Shown: positions 23,793 through 35,259 of the stretch, one piece after another
Layout of the letters: each line of letters begins with the position of its first letter
How positions within the stretch are numbered: position 1 is the first letter of the stretch
DNA from: Zygnema circumcarinatum SAG 698-1b
Lineage: Eukaryota; Plantae; Zygnematophyceae
Direction: 5' to 3'
Assembly (NCBI GenBank): GCA_037447605.1
Contig: CM074809.1
Coordinates: forward strand, 3,462,689 to 3,526,688
DNA length: 64,000 nucleotides
Translations under genes and position numbers: made by a program
The notes under the pieces: model-generated
Databases searched by the model: none
Told to the model about the DNA's origin: nothing
What the model saw: the letters and a program-made list of their open reading frames with translations, nothing else

Positions 23793-25802
23793 TCAGTTTC
23801 TCATGGGCCCTAGCCCAATTAGCTTGTTATTCACTAGTAGAGTTTCCCCGCTGACTCCTTTCGTCAACATGTCTGCAGCCTGCTCCTTCGTACCTACAAA
23901 CTTCACAACAATCATCCCCTCCTCCACCAATTCGCGCACATAGTGATACTGCACCCTAATGTGCTTGGTCCTCTTGTGGAACACTGGATTTTCCACCAAG
24001 GCAATGGACGACTGATTGTCCGTGAACAAGGTAACAGGCAGTTGCGGCCTCTTACACTCCTCGAAGAAATGTTGAAACCACACTCCCTCCTTGGCTGCAT
24101 GGCAAGCTCCCATGTACTCGCCCTTGGTGCTCGACAACGCCACTGAATCTTGCAATTTGGAGCTCCACGAGATGGCTCCACCTCCATTCAGGAACACGAA
24201 TCCCGAAGTCGATCTTGACGTATCCACGTCACCTCCCCAATCTGAATCGGTGTATCCAATCACTCGATTCGGCCCCCTCTCATATCTGAGGCCGTACTCC
24301 AAAGTCCCCCGTACATACCTGAAGATTCTCTTCACGGCTTCCCAATGTTCAGGGCCTGGATTCTCCATGAACCGACTTGCTGAGCTCACGGCTTTGGCCA
24401 AGTCCGGTCGTGTACCAATCATTAGGTACATTAAACTCCCTATAGCAGATCTGTACGGCACTCCGTACACTCGCTGTACCTCCGCATCTGATGCGGGCGC
24501 CATCTCCTTTGATATTCGCGCCCCGATCTCCATTGGGCTGGTACACGGTCTGCAATCCTCCACATGAAATCTCGCAAGTACATCCGTAGCGTATTTCTTC
24601 TGACACACGAAGAGGCTGCCGTCCTGCCCCCTCTTCAGCTGCATCCCTAACAGATACTGCGCCTCCCCTAGATCCGACATCTTGAAGTTAGCTTGCAAGA
24701 GCTGCTTCAAGTCCTTGATTCTCTCCAGCGAGAGACTCACCATAATGAGGTCGTCAACGTAGATCCCAACGTACATGAGATCCTCCCCTTCTCCTTGTCG
24801 GTAGACAGAATGATCTGTCTCAAATCGCGCAAATCCGTTCCTCCTGAGAAGATCGTCAATCTTCTCGTACCAGATCCTGGGCGCCTGCTTTAATCCGTAC
24901 AGGCTTTTCACTAGGCGACAAACTAGATGCTCTTGGCCCGGGACGATCTTCCCTTCGGGCTGTTCCATGTAGATCTCCTCGGTGAGATCGTCGTACAGGA
25001 ACGCGGTCTTGATGTCCAACTGATGGACATGCATCCCTTCCGCAGCTGCAATCGAAATCAAGGCTTTGAGGGAGTTGAACTTCACCACCAGGGCGAAAGT
25101 CTCCGTATAGTCAATTCCGTACTTCTGGCTGTAGCCCTTCGCCACCAGCCGCGCCTTGTAACGGTCGACACTCCCGTCCGCCTTCCGCTTCACCTTGAAC
25201 ACCCACTTGCATCCAATGGCTCGTCTTCCTCTCAGCAGCTTCTCTAGTCGCCACGTGCCATTCTCAATCAGACTGTCCCATTCGCTGTCAATGGCCGCTC
25301 TCCACTTGTCTCCATCGACCCCATCATGAGCCTCCTCAATCGTTTGCGGCTCGGTGATCATGAAGCAATGAGCAACTCCTGCAAGATCAGCGGAGTCTGT
25401 AGGCACTCTCTCTTGCACCAGGTTGTTTTGTGAAGGCCTGAAATGATCAGGCTTCCTCACCGGTCGGCTGCTCCTCTGGACTCCTTGCACTCTCCCACCT
25501 CTCGGGTTGAAGAAGATGCCGGGAACAAACCCTGGAGGCATGTTCGATAACATCGCCTCTCTCTCCTCCGTCTCCAAATCACCGGACTCCTGTCGGTGCA
25601 ACGGGACGGTCTCGTCCGAGTTCNNNNNNNNNNTGGGTTTCCTCCCACTCCACACCTCCTCAGGAACCTGATCCTTGAGGACAGAGGATGGGCACCTGTT
25701 CCTAAGGTACGCGGCAGTCATCACTGCCTCGCCCCAGAAGGATGCTTGAAACGGGGAATCAATCAACATGGTTCGCGCCATGTCCCCTAACGTCCTGTTC
25801 AC
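23793..25802 (-). CDS. Family B pol: integrase C-terminus, RT, RNase H
   Basis: KARLVAKGYSQ, SLYGLKQAPR, YVDDLIM, YTDSDWGG. Confidence 0.95.
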   Translation of the reverse strand: MNRTLGDMARTMLIDSPFQASFWGEAVMTAAYLRNRCPSSVLKDQVPEEVWSGRKPXXXXNSDETVPLHRQESGDLETEEREAMLSNMPPGFVPGIFFNPRGGRVQGVQRSSRPVRKPDHFRPSQNNLVQERVPTDSADLAGVAHCFMITEPQTIEEAHDGVDGDKWRAAIDSEWDSLIENGTWRLEKLLRGRRAIGCKWVFKVKRKADGSVDRYKARLVAKGYSQKYGIDYTETFALVVKFNSLKALISIAAAEGMHVHQLDIKTAFLYDDLTEEIYMEQPEGKIVPGQEHLVCRLVKSLYGLKQAPRIWYEKIDDLLRRNGFARFETDHSVYRQGEGEDLMYVGIYVDDLIMVSLSLERIKDLKQLLQANFKMSDLGEAQYLLGMQLKRGQDGSLFVCQKKYATDVLARFHVEDCRPCTSPMEIGARISKEMAPASDAEVQRVYGVPYRSAIGSLMYLMIGTRPDLAKAVSSASRFMENPGPEHWEAVKRIFRYVRGTLEYGLRYERGPNRVIGYTDSDWGGDVDTSRSTSGFVFLNGGGAISWSSKLQDSVALSSTKGEYMGACHAAKEGVWFQHFFEECKRPQLPVTLFTDNQSSIALVENPVFHKRTKHIRVQYHYVRELVEEGMIVVKFVGTKEQAADMLTKGVSGETLLVNNKLIGLGPMRN

Positions 25803-25914
25803 TTCTCAGCAGCTCCATTACTTTGAGGGGAATAGGGAGCAGAGAATTCATGCCTTACTCCTTGAGACTCCAGATATGCAGCGAACTCCTTGGACTTGAT
25901 GTAACAAACCCGCC

Positions 25915-25980
25915 CCTGGCAGGGTTCGAACACAAGACCTCCCGGTACCCACACCAGTGCTTTACCATTAAAAGGCAACC
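25915..25980 (-). promoter_or_regulatory. tRNA-like A/B-box module in TRIM 3' LTR
   Basis: TTAATGGTAAAGC; CTGGT/ACCGG stem; AGGTC; GTGTTCGAACCC. Confidence 0.75.
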
Positions 25981-26238
25981 ACGGATGTAAGTACTAGGCC
26001 ATACAACACATGTATAGCGTTTCGCTACATTCCTCCCCACCTAAACCGGGCTCGTCCTCGAGCGCACTCAAGGGTTTTCACGAGCAGCGTTCAAGCTCCT
26101 TCAACACATGGACTACGGCCTTAGCCCCTCAGGCCACTAAGGAACGGGTTCCTGTACCATGCTCAGAGATCACGGTGTTTTTAGGGTGGATTACAAATAC
26201 CGGGCACTAGGCTCTGATACCAATGTAACAAACCCGCC

Positions 26239-26304
26239 CCTGGCAGGGTTCGAACACAAGACCTCCCGGTACCCACACCAGTGCTTTACCATTAAAAGGC
26301 AACC
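26239..26304 (-). promoter_or_regulatory. tRNA-like A/B-box module in TRIM 5' LTR
   Basis: Identical to 25915-25980. Confidence 0.75.
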
Positions 26305-26353
26305 GCGGATGTAAGTACTAGGCCATACAACACATGTATAGCGTTTCGCTACA

Positions 26354-27742
26354 CTTGAACTCGCCTCCGTTGTCCGAACGAAGTGTCTTCAACTTGAGTC
26401 CAGTCTCTCTCTCCATCTGAACTTGCCAATCTCTGAAGGCTCCGAATGCCTCAGACTTGTTCTTGAGAATCTTCACCCAGATCTTCCTCGAAAAATCGTC
26501 CAAGAAGGTGATGAAGTATCGAGCTCCTCCAGTCGTTGCCGGTGTCACGGGGCCGCAGAGGTCGGTATGGACTAACTCCAACTTCTCCTTCGCATGGAAC
26601 GACTCTTCTCCACTCCTTGCGAAAGGTCTCCTATGCGCCTTCCCCTCCACACACTCTTTGCAAAATCCAAGCTCCTTCTCAACTACGTCAACATCCAACC
26701 CACGGACCAGCCCCTTTTCTGCTAGTTGCTGCAAGCCCCTATGGTTGAGGTGACCAAGTCTACGATGCCAGAGATTTACTGCATCTTCAGCCACGGCCAT
26801 GACATCCTCGTCTTCTTCTCTTCTATAGTGAAGGTAATACAACCCTCCCTTCTCAAACCCCTTAAACAGCTGCTTCCCCGTCACCATGTGGGTAGCTACG
26901 CAAGACTTCTCCCTAAAAGTGACCTCATAACCCCTCTTACACACTTGGCTAACAGACATGAAGTTCTGTTTTAGCTCAGGGGTGTGAAGAACGTCACCAA
27001 TGCACAGACGCTCTTGCCTTTCTTCTTCGTAGATCACAGAGCCGTCTCAAAGGATCATCTTGACTACTCCTCCTTTTGTGACGGTCACTCCTTCTCCGGT
27101 TGCTGAGTGAACGGATCGAGTCCTCTCCAACGTATCCAACGTGGAGAACATTCGCTTGTTGCCACACATGTGTGTGGAAGCGCCAGAGTCGATCAGCCAT
27201 GGCCGCTTCAGATCCTGCACTTGGATCTTCCCAACAAAGTCAGAATGTTCGGTCACCAGGAGATTCGTCTCCACTGCCACTCTGCAATCAGCACTCTTGT
27301 GGCCACGCTTCTTGCATTTGAAGCAGGTCCCCTTGAACCCCTTCTTCTCCTTCTTGAAGGATGACGAAGCGCCTCCTCCCCGATCTGGGGTCCCCTTGTT
27401 CTTGTAACAGTCTGCCGAGTAGTGGCCGCTCTTGCCACACGTGTAGCACGCTCCCGCAGGACGCTCTCCTCGGTCTGACTTCACCGCGCCTCCTCTTCGG
27501 TCTTGACGTGAGTGCAGCGCAAGCACCTTTGCTTCGGTGCTCCCAACGTCTTGAACTGAGTCCTCCTCCTTGATCCTTCGTTTCACTTGCTCAAGGGTCA
27601 TTTTCGAATTCGTTAGGACTGTTCTAAGAGCCGCAACTGCTACATCAAAACGGGCAGGCAGTCTGATACCACTTGTTGAGGATGATGTGTCATACACCGA
27701 ACCTCCTCTCGTCGTGTCTTCACTCGCATCTGTCGCGGCCAT
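26354..27742 (-). pseudogene. Chimeric gag-protease-integrase: element A leader fused in frame to family B gag C-half
   Basis: MAATDASE..STSGIR/LPARFDVAVAAL; two CCHC knuckles; WLIDSGAS; LWHRRLGH; stop in protease. Confidence 0.8.
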
Positions 27743-28343
27743 AATGACTGTCGATCGCCAAGCAGGAACTGTGTGACAAAATGTAGGAGAAAAGCCCACC
27801 GGCCGAAAAACCTCTTATTTATACAAAGGAAAGATACAACAGGTGCAGGCAGTCTCTACTCCTGACGCTAGCTCTATCCTACACTCTGCGGAAGCGCTTT
27901 GCTACGGCTGCCACTGACTACTCGACCCTTCCTCAGCTCGCTACCTACACTTAGGGAATGCACTGCTCCCCTATGCGGTGGTATGAGGCGTGAACCTCCC
28001 CATAAAGGTTCAGGGTCGATTCAGGGTTATTGAAAAAGACGGAGTGGACATTGTACGATCACAAGTGAGGACAGGGAGAGTTGACACAAAAGAAAGATGT
28101 GTGATTAACGTGGTAAAGAGTACAATGTCCTAATCTGTTTTATATACATTGCGGCTAGAGCTACACGACAAAAGAGTGTGGAACTAGCCTGAGTAAGGGC
28201 GGCTAGGTGTAAGCACAGAGCCGCAAAAGCACAACTAAACTAACAAAGAAAGTACAAGCTAAAAGGACAGCTAGGTGTAAGTACACGTGGCTGGGAAAAC
28301 GACAAAATAGTACGACAAAACTGAGAATGTCGGATTCTCAACA

Positions 28344-29284
28344 CTCCCTCTCATTCGAAAGTGTGGAGTCCGGCAGAAGAGCGGTGAAGCTCAAAAGCTG
28401 GCCGATGTAAGGCCTTAGTAAGAAAATCGGCGGTCTGCTTGCCGGTAGGACAGTAGAGGAAGGTAAGGGTGCCGTCTTCAATCTNNNNNNNNNNACAAAA
28501 CGGGCTTTGTAGCGGTCAACCGAGCCGTCGGATTTTTGTTTGATTTTAAAGACCCATTTAGAGCCGATGGCGCGACGGCCGGGTGGAAGGGGGACAAGGT
28601 CCCACGTGTTGTTTTTCTGAAGGGAGAGGAATTCAGCATCAGCGGCAGCTTTCCAGAGGGCTGCGTCAGGGGTGCGAAGGGCGGCAGCAAAAGTAGGGGG
28701 GGCAGACGAGGAAGCGACGAAGGCCATGGCGGAGGAAAGGAGGGCATGGGCGGCAGTGTCGATAATTTTCCACGTGGGTCGCCGATCGCGAGTGCCGTGG
28801 CGGGGGCAGGGCCGGGGGGAACCGGAGGGGAGAGTGCCGGAGGGCGGGGTGGCGGGGAGGCCGCGACGGGTGAAGGGGGAGGGGAGTCGGGTAGGCCGGG
28901 AGAAGGCGCGAGGGGGGAAAAAGGAGGGGGGGGGGGGTTTGTACGCAGAGGGGAGGGTTCCGCGTCCGGCTCGGGTGAGGTTGAAATCTCCCTCTGAACA
29001 GAAGGGGTAGGGTCGAGCAGAGAGGACGAGGGGGAGGGGGGGGGGGGCGGGGGGAGGAGGGTCGACGGAGGGGGACGCGGGGGCACCGAAGGGAGGGGAA
29101 GGGGGAGCGGCGACCGGGGGGGGGACAAAAGGAATGTCGGCGGCCAATGGGGGAGCGGCCGCGGGGGGGGGNNNNNNNNNNGCGACGAGAGGAGCCTCAT
29201 TAAATGCGACGTCACGCGAAAGTACAATGCGATTTGTCGCACAACACCAAATACGATAGGCCTTGGACGTGAGCGCGTAGCCAA
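28344..29284 (-). pseudogene. Element H integrase C-terminus, Pro-rich linker and RT start (rest collapsed in gap)
   Basis: LGYALTSKAYRIW, SRDVAFNE, WDLVPLPPGRRAIGSKWVFK. Confidence 0.85.
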
Positions 29285-30337
29285 GAAAATGTTGTTGCAG
29301 CGCCCTCCCTTGGTGGGGCTGCCACTTCTCCTCTAGCACTTGTAGAACTCGACATCTTCAATGAATTGCTCAATCACACAAAGCACACTAAATGCAAGAG
29401 AACAACTCAGCGGAAATATGAAAATGTAAGGAGAAAGCCACCAGCCTAAAACTCCTTAAGATAAAGATGAAATACAACTTGACAACACTAGAGCCAAGCT
29501 TCAAGCACCTCCACTCAAGCTACGTGAATAAACCACCCACTACAAGCTGAACTCTTCCCACTATCTCCTTGGCCCTAAGCAAGATAGCCTCACTCCCCAA
29601 TGTGAGTCACGAGAAGGTTAACTTCTACCAAACAATCTAACCCTTAAATACAATATGGCGCCATTAGTGACATTGTCACGTCACGGCCGCACATGCTACG
29701 CCTTGCAAGACCCTTATCCCGATCCTAATCTCGCGCCGTCGGATCCTCCTCAGCTTGCACGGATCCAGCACATCAATGCCGTCAGATCCGCCTCAGCCTT
29801 ATCTCCATCCGAGTCCTCCACCGTAGGATCTGACTCCTCATTACTTGGCGTCATGTGGGACCCCGTAAGCCTACGAGCGCCACCGACCTAGGCCGTACAG
29901 GCCTTCCCTTTAACTCGACACGTGGCGCCTTCCGATTCGCCACTGTCCTCCAGATGAGACAATGCTGACTCCGCACTCCATCAATTCTGCTCCGCGCGTT
30001 GATTCGCGCCTCGTCACGTCCCGATTTGTCGCGTCGCGCCACGTCACATCTGACTCCGCCACGCCGCGCCTCGCCACCGACCAATGTCCGTACATTCGAG
30101 GTCCTGGCCTTACAAATCGTACCACTGATTGGCTCCACCGACATTCTGATGCCTTGCCTTGCCAAATCAGACTCTGCGCGCTATACGCACACCCCTTAAA
30201 GACTTGTACGGTCGCCTAGACGCCCCTCCGTACAATGTGGACACTTTTGAGCACACCCCTCCTTAGAACTTAGTACCAACAACTTAGTGTACAACAAGTC
30301 CTTAACTACTTTACACTAACAATCCCCCTCTTGGTAC

Positions 30338-31282
30338 TTAGTTCTCCATGGGTCCTAGTTCCATGAGACCACTACTATTCTCTAGTGTCCCACAACCAAA
30401 TGAATGCTCCCTTGTCCTAACAAGCTGCCCCCTCTTGATCCAAAGGCCTAGGAGAGAATCTTCCCCCTCTTGATCTCCTCTTGGTTGCCTTTCACACTTG
30501 ATCCTGGGCGCTTCCGCTGAACTCCTTATAGGTCCAGCAACCGGGTATTCCTTTGTAGTTGCAACCTTGTACTCGGGCTGCTCCACTACCTTGGGTTGAA
30601 AGGACCCCTCCACTTCAACTCCATCCTTGCTTGGATGCAACAAGCCCTTGTTCCTGGCATCCTTGGAGCTCACTAACTTTGAGTGATCCTGGAATTCGCA
30701 CACATTCTCACCACCACTTATGTCCACCCTTTCGGTGATGGGTCTTTCAACCCCCTTAGCCTGGCTATCTGAAATGTCGTTGGCGAAATAATCCCCTGCT
30801 CCCCTTAGCCTCAATGCTTGCTCTTGCATCCCCTTTCCTCCTCCAAGCTGGACTGGATCTATCTTATGGTGAATGGGTTTTCCTACAGGGTCCTTGGCGG
30901 GATTGCTCAGCACTTGAGCGTCCTTCCACTCTAGAAAGTAAAGCCCACCTTGCTGGATTCCCTTGCACAAGACTTGCCCTGTCTCCTTGTGAATGACCTC
31001 ACAACTACCCTTCTCAAACCATACTCCATAGTCCTTCTCACACAACTGACTAACAGAGAGGAAATTAATCTGTAGTCCGGGAGTATGCAGTACGTTACCA
31101 ACATGGACAACCCTCTGCGTGCTTCCCTCCCCGAGCACCTCCAACTTGATTGTTCCGCTTTGCGTCACCGAGACCCCTTCTCCAGTTGCCGAGTAGACGG
31201 AGCGGGTTTCCTCCAAAGTCTGCTTCTCTGCAAAGAGTGAGTCGTCCACGCACATGTGCCTTGAAGCACCGGAATCAATCAC
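30338..31282 (-). CDS. Element E protease plus linker fused to RNase H tail
   Basis: VIDSGASRHMC ... GGLYFL ... LGPMEN*; separated from gag by a stop where W is expected (P*VIDSG). Confidence 0.75.
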   Translation of the reverse strand: MIDSGASRHMCVDDSLFAEKQTLEETRSVYSATGEGVSVTQSGTIKLEVLGEGSTQRVVHVGNVLHTPGLQINFLSVSQLCEKDYGVWFEKGSCEVIHKETGQVLCKGIQQGGLYFLEWKDAQVLSNPAKDPVGKPIHHKIDPVQLGGGKGMQEQALRLRGAGDYFANDISDSQAKGVERPITERVDISGGENVCEFQDHSKLVSSKDARNKGLLHPSKDGVEVEGSFQPKVVEQPEYKVATTKEYPVAGPIRSSAEAPRIKCERQPRGDQEGEDSLLGLWIKRGQLVRTREHSFGCGTLENSSGLMELGPMEN

Positions 31283-32302
31283 TTAAGGTTTAGCTGAATT
31301 TTCAACTCTTACACATCCGACAAACTCATCATCATGTCCCCAATCCGAGAACATCAAGTTCGTCTCGTGAATCCTCTTGCGTTCATCTCTGGGATACCTG
31401 CCATCACCCCTCCTCCCTTCTTGCTCTTTTGGAGCATCTGCATTCGAGGATGAACCACCATTCTGAACGTTGGGGCAGTTCCTCTTGAAGTGACCGGTCT
31501 TCCCACAAGAGTAGCAAGCCTTCTGAGTCTTCAGCTCTCCACCATCTTTGGCTGCGTTTGGTCCCTTGCCGTTCCTGTATGGGCGCGTTGTTGCAGCATA
31601 CAGCTTCTCTGAACTTGACCTGTNNNNNNNNNNATCCTCCTCTACCACTCTTCTCTTAACCTGCTCAAAGGTCATCTTAGTCGTAGAAAGCTGAGTTCGT
31701 AGAGCAGTGCAAGCAGGGTCAAATCTATCCGGCAAGCCTCCAAGGAATAGACTAATCTTGTGATCCAAGTGAAGGGGCTGCTTCATCCCATCAAACTTTT
31801 GCATCAGATTATCAAACTTGATCACATAGTCTTTAAGCTCCTCCCCTGAATCCAAACTGAGTTTTCCAAGCTCCGTGTAGAGATAAACTACAGTGGCATT
31901 ATCTACCACATCATAAATCTTCTCTAGAGTATCCCACATCTCCCGAGCTGTCTTTAACTCTGAAATCAGGTCTGTAGGTTCCTCACTAACGCCAGCACAA
32001 AGCAGGGTCCTAACCTTGCAATCCTTAACCCTCCACTTCTCAAACTCAAGAGGATTAATCTCTGAATCGGGGGCCACAATGGAGCCATTCACATACCCCA
32101 ACAGCCGCTTGTTCTCCAGCACTGTGAGCATGCGAAACTTCCACCGCTTGTAGTTCTTCCCATCGAAAGTTGGAATGGTAAACTTCACGTCTTCTTCGCC
32201 TTCGGCTCTGATACCACTTGTTGTTGCAGCGCCCTCCCTTGGTGGGGCTGCCACTTCTCCTCTAGCACTTGTAGAACTCGACATCTTCAATGAATTGCTC
32301 AA
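31283..32302 (-). CDS. Element E Gag (starts in LTR)
   Basis: MSSSTSARG..ATTSGIRAEG..IPTFDGKNY; CYSCGKTGHFKRNC. Confidence 0.9.
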   Translation of the reverse strand: MSNSLKMSSSTSARGEVAAPPREGAATTSGIRAEGEEDVKFTIPTFDGKNYKRWKFRMLTVLENKRLLGYVNGSIVAPDSEINPLEFEKWRVKDCKVRTLLCAGVSEEPTDLISELKTAREMWDTLEKIYDVVDNATVVYLYTELGKLSLDSGEELKDYVIKFDNLMQKFDGMKQPLHLDHKISLFLGGLPDRFDPACTALRTQLSTTKMTFEQVKRRVVEEDXXXXRSSSEKLYAATTRPYRNGKGPNAAKDGGELKTQKACYSCGKTGHFKRNCPNVQNGGSSSNADAPKEQEGRRGDGRYPRDERKRIHETNLMFSDWGHDDEFVGCVRVENSAKP

Positions 32303-33255
32303 TCACACAAAGCACACTAAATGCAAGAGAACAACTCAGCGGAAATATGAAAATGTAAGGAGAAAGCCACCAGCCTAAAACTCCTTAAGATAAAGATGAA
32401 ATACAACTTGACAACACTAGAGCCAAGCTTCAAGCACCTCTTCTCAAGCTACGTGAATAAACCACCCACTACAAGCTGAACTCTTCCCACTATCTCCTTG
32501 GCCCTAAGCAAGATAGCCTCACTCCCCAATGTGAGTCACGAGAAGGTTAACTTCTACCAAACAATCTAACCCTTAAATACAATATGGCGCCAATAGTGAC
32601 ATTGTCACGTCACGGCCGCACATGCTACGCCTTGCAAGACCCTTATCCCGATCCTAATCTCGCGCCGTCGGATCCTCCTCAGCTTGCACGGATCCAGCAC
32701 ATCAATGCCGTCAGATCCGCCTCAGCCTTATCTCCATCCGAGTCCTCCACCGTTGGATCTGACTCCTCATTACTTGGCGTCATGTGGGACCCCGTAAGCC
32801 TACGAGCGCCACCGACCTAGGCCGTACAGGCCTTCCCTTTAACTCGACACGTGGCGCCTTCCGATTGGCCACTGTCCTCCAGATGAGACAATGCTGACTC
32901 CGCACTTCATCAATTCTGCTCCGCGCGTTGATTCGCGCCTCGTCACGTCCCGATTTGTCGCGTCGCGCCACGTCACATCTGACTCCGCCACGCCGCGCCT
33001 CGCCACCGACCAATGTCCGTACATTCGAGGTCCTGGCCTTACAAATCGTACCACTGATTGGCTCCACCGACATTCTGATGCCTTGCCTTGCCAAATCAGA
33101 CTTCGCGCGCTATACGCACACCCCTTAAAGACTTGTACGGTCGCCTAGACGCCCCTCCGTACAATGTGGACACTTTTGAGCACACCCCTCCTTAGAACTT
33201 AGTACCAACAACTTAGTGTACAACAAGTCCTTAACTACTTTACACTAACAGAAAA

Positions 33256-34428
33256 ATGCCGCGTACGGCCCGTGGTCCCCATTTGCCAGACGACTGGACG
33301 AGATCTTTGTACCAGGCCTCGCAGCCAAAGATATGGAGGTGGGAGACGGAGGGCTTGCCGCCCTGCCAGGCCTCGTAGGGAGTGTTGTGAGGAAGGGCAG
33401 AGGTGGGAGAAAGGTTCCGAAGGTAAGCGGCCGTGGAGATGGCTTCCGCCCAGAAGGCCATAGGGAGGTCGGCAAAATGGAGCATAGAGCGAGCCATGTC
33501 AAGAATGGTGCGGTTAAAGCGCTCGGCGACTCCATTTTGCTGGGGGGTGTAGGGAGCGGTAGTCTGATGAGTGATACCGTGAAGGCGAAGGTATTTGGAG
33601 AAGGCGGTGGACATAAACTCGCCGCCGTTATCAGTGCGAAGGGTCTTGATGCGGCGGCCGAGAAGGGTCTCTGCACGGGCTTTGAACTCTTGGAAGCGGG
33701 AGAAAACGTCAGACTTGTGAGCGATGGGAAAAACATGGGAAAAATGAGTCGCTTGGTCAATGAAAGTGACAAAGTATGATGTAGCCAGAGGCTAACATCG
33801 GCGCATAGGGCCACGCGGTTTATCCAGAATGAATGAGGTGCGGAGGCACCGAGGAAGACAAGGGTGGAGCTTGAGGGAAAAGGCAATCTTGTCATTTTCC
33901 TTGAATACAACTGAACAAAGTCTAACTTTTCGTGGAGAAAGAGTCTAAACCTAACACTCAAGCCCCACCGAGTTCCGAGGCGGCCGCCAGCGTACAAAGA
34001 GGTGCCACCGAGCAAAGGTAAGGGGGGGGTCAGTGGTGTGAGCATGGGCGTGCCCAAGGGAGGCCGCAAAAGAGGTAAGGGAAAAACAAGCGGCCGGTTT
34101 TGCGGCCGTGCCCAACTACAGCGTCTGGGGTGAAGAAGGTGACCCCGTCTGGCCTAAAGAGAGCTGAAATGCCTAAAATCAGGATGGAGGCTACTGAAAA
34201 CAGATTCTTCGCTAGGCCATCCACCAGGTAGACGTCATCGATGATGAAGCGCTGGCCGTCAATTAGAGTGGAAACCTGGCCGACATGCGTGGCAGCCAAG
34301 GAGCGATTATCCCCTAAGAAAATGGTCATGGGGAGAGGGAGGGGAGAGAGCCGAGAGAACCAGTCACGACGAAAGGTTAGATGATGGGAGGCACCCGAGT
34401 CAATAAGCCAAGTGGAGTCAGGGAGAGA
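33256..34428 (-). pseudogene. Element H protease and integrase (frameshifted)
   Basis: WLIDSGASHHL; TDNGGEF; APYTPQQNGVAERFNR. Confidence 0.88.
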
Positions 34429-35254
34429 TGTAGTGTACAATAGGGGTATAGAACAACGTAGTACACTTTACGGTCCTTAGCTAGTGTCGGCGGTCCTTGG
34501 TAGATTCGGTCACAGTCTGAATAGTGCGCTAGAGCGCTATTCTTAGTGGGAAGACGACAGGTTTAAATAGGACACGTAGAGGGCGGCGATAGGCCGCGCC
34601 ACCAGAGGAGTCCGCTTAGTTTGATAAGTGTTCTGTAGACACGTGGCGCGCGACGATAGGTCGCGCGGCTATGAGTTAGCTTAGTACGGATTATTGGAGG
34701 CGCGAAGGCGCGCGGAAGGTTCGGAGCGACGGAGGAGCTTTCGGAGGAGTGTTTCGGTACGGACACTCCCCTCCCCATGGCGNNNNNNNNNNCGAGCTGA
34801 GCTCCCGCGCGGCGCGGAGCGAACTCCAGAAGGCACGAAGCGACCTCGACGACATGGAGGTGGAACGCGGTGGCACGCGGTGGAACGTGGAGGTGCTTCA
34901 GCGGCTAGTATATAGTTTGCTTTGTGCATAAAGTTAGTTACCCTTAGAACCTTGCATCTCGGCTCGTGGTGCTGAGTGTAGAGGCCTGCTATATGGGCAA
35001 CAGTAGATAGGTGTGTAGGGCAGAGCATTAGGAATCGCCTGAGGGCTGAATTTCTGTGTGTAACCCTTTCCTATTTATTTTAAGGAGTTTTGAGCCAGTG
35101 GGGGCTTCCTCCTTTACTTCACTTCTCGGTGTTTCTATTTCCAGCTTTTATTCTTTCCTTCCGGTGTGTGCATTGGGGGTGGGTGTGTTTCGCTGAGATA
35201 CAAGCATGTCGGAGAGTGCAGCGAGAGAGGGAGACCAGGCTCTAGTTTCCAACA
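34429..35254 (+). mobile_element. Solo Copia LTR (family I) with gap
   Basis: TG..CA; TSD AGAGA; MSESAAREG leader at its 3' end. Confidence 0.8.
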
Positions 35255-35259
35255 AGAGA

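Larger units (their letters stand above)
25900..26353 (-). mobile_element. TRIM, 454 bp, 130-bp LTRs (25900-26029, 26224-26353) carrying a tRNA-like module
   Basis: LTRs differ at 1 site; PBS 26210-26222; PPT GGTGGGGAGGAA next to 3' LTR; TSD CTTGA; interrupts integrase DNGGEFK/SKEF. Confidence 0.95.
29290..33250 (-). mobile_element. Non-autonomous gag-protease Copia element E, 1032-bp LTRs (29290-30321, 32219-33250)
   Basis: TSD GAAAA; about 8 LTR substitutions; PBS 32205-32216; PPT 30322-30333; no integrase or RT motifs in the 1.9-kb interior. Confidence 0.92.
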
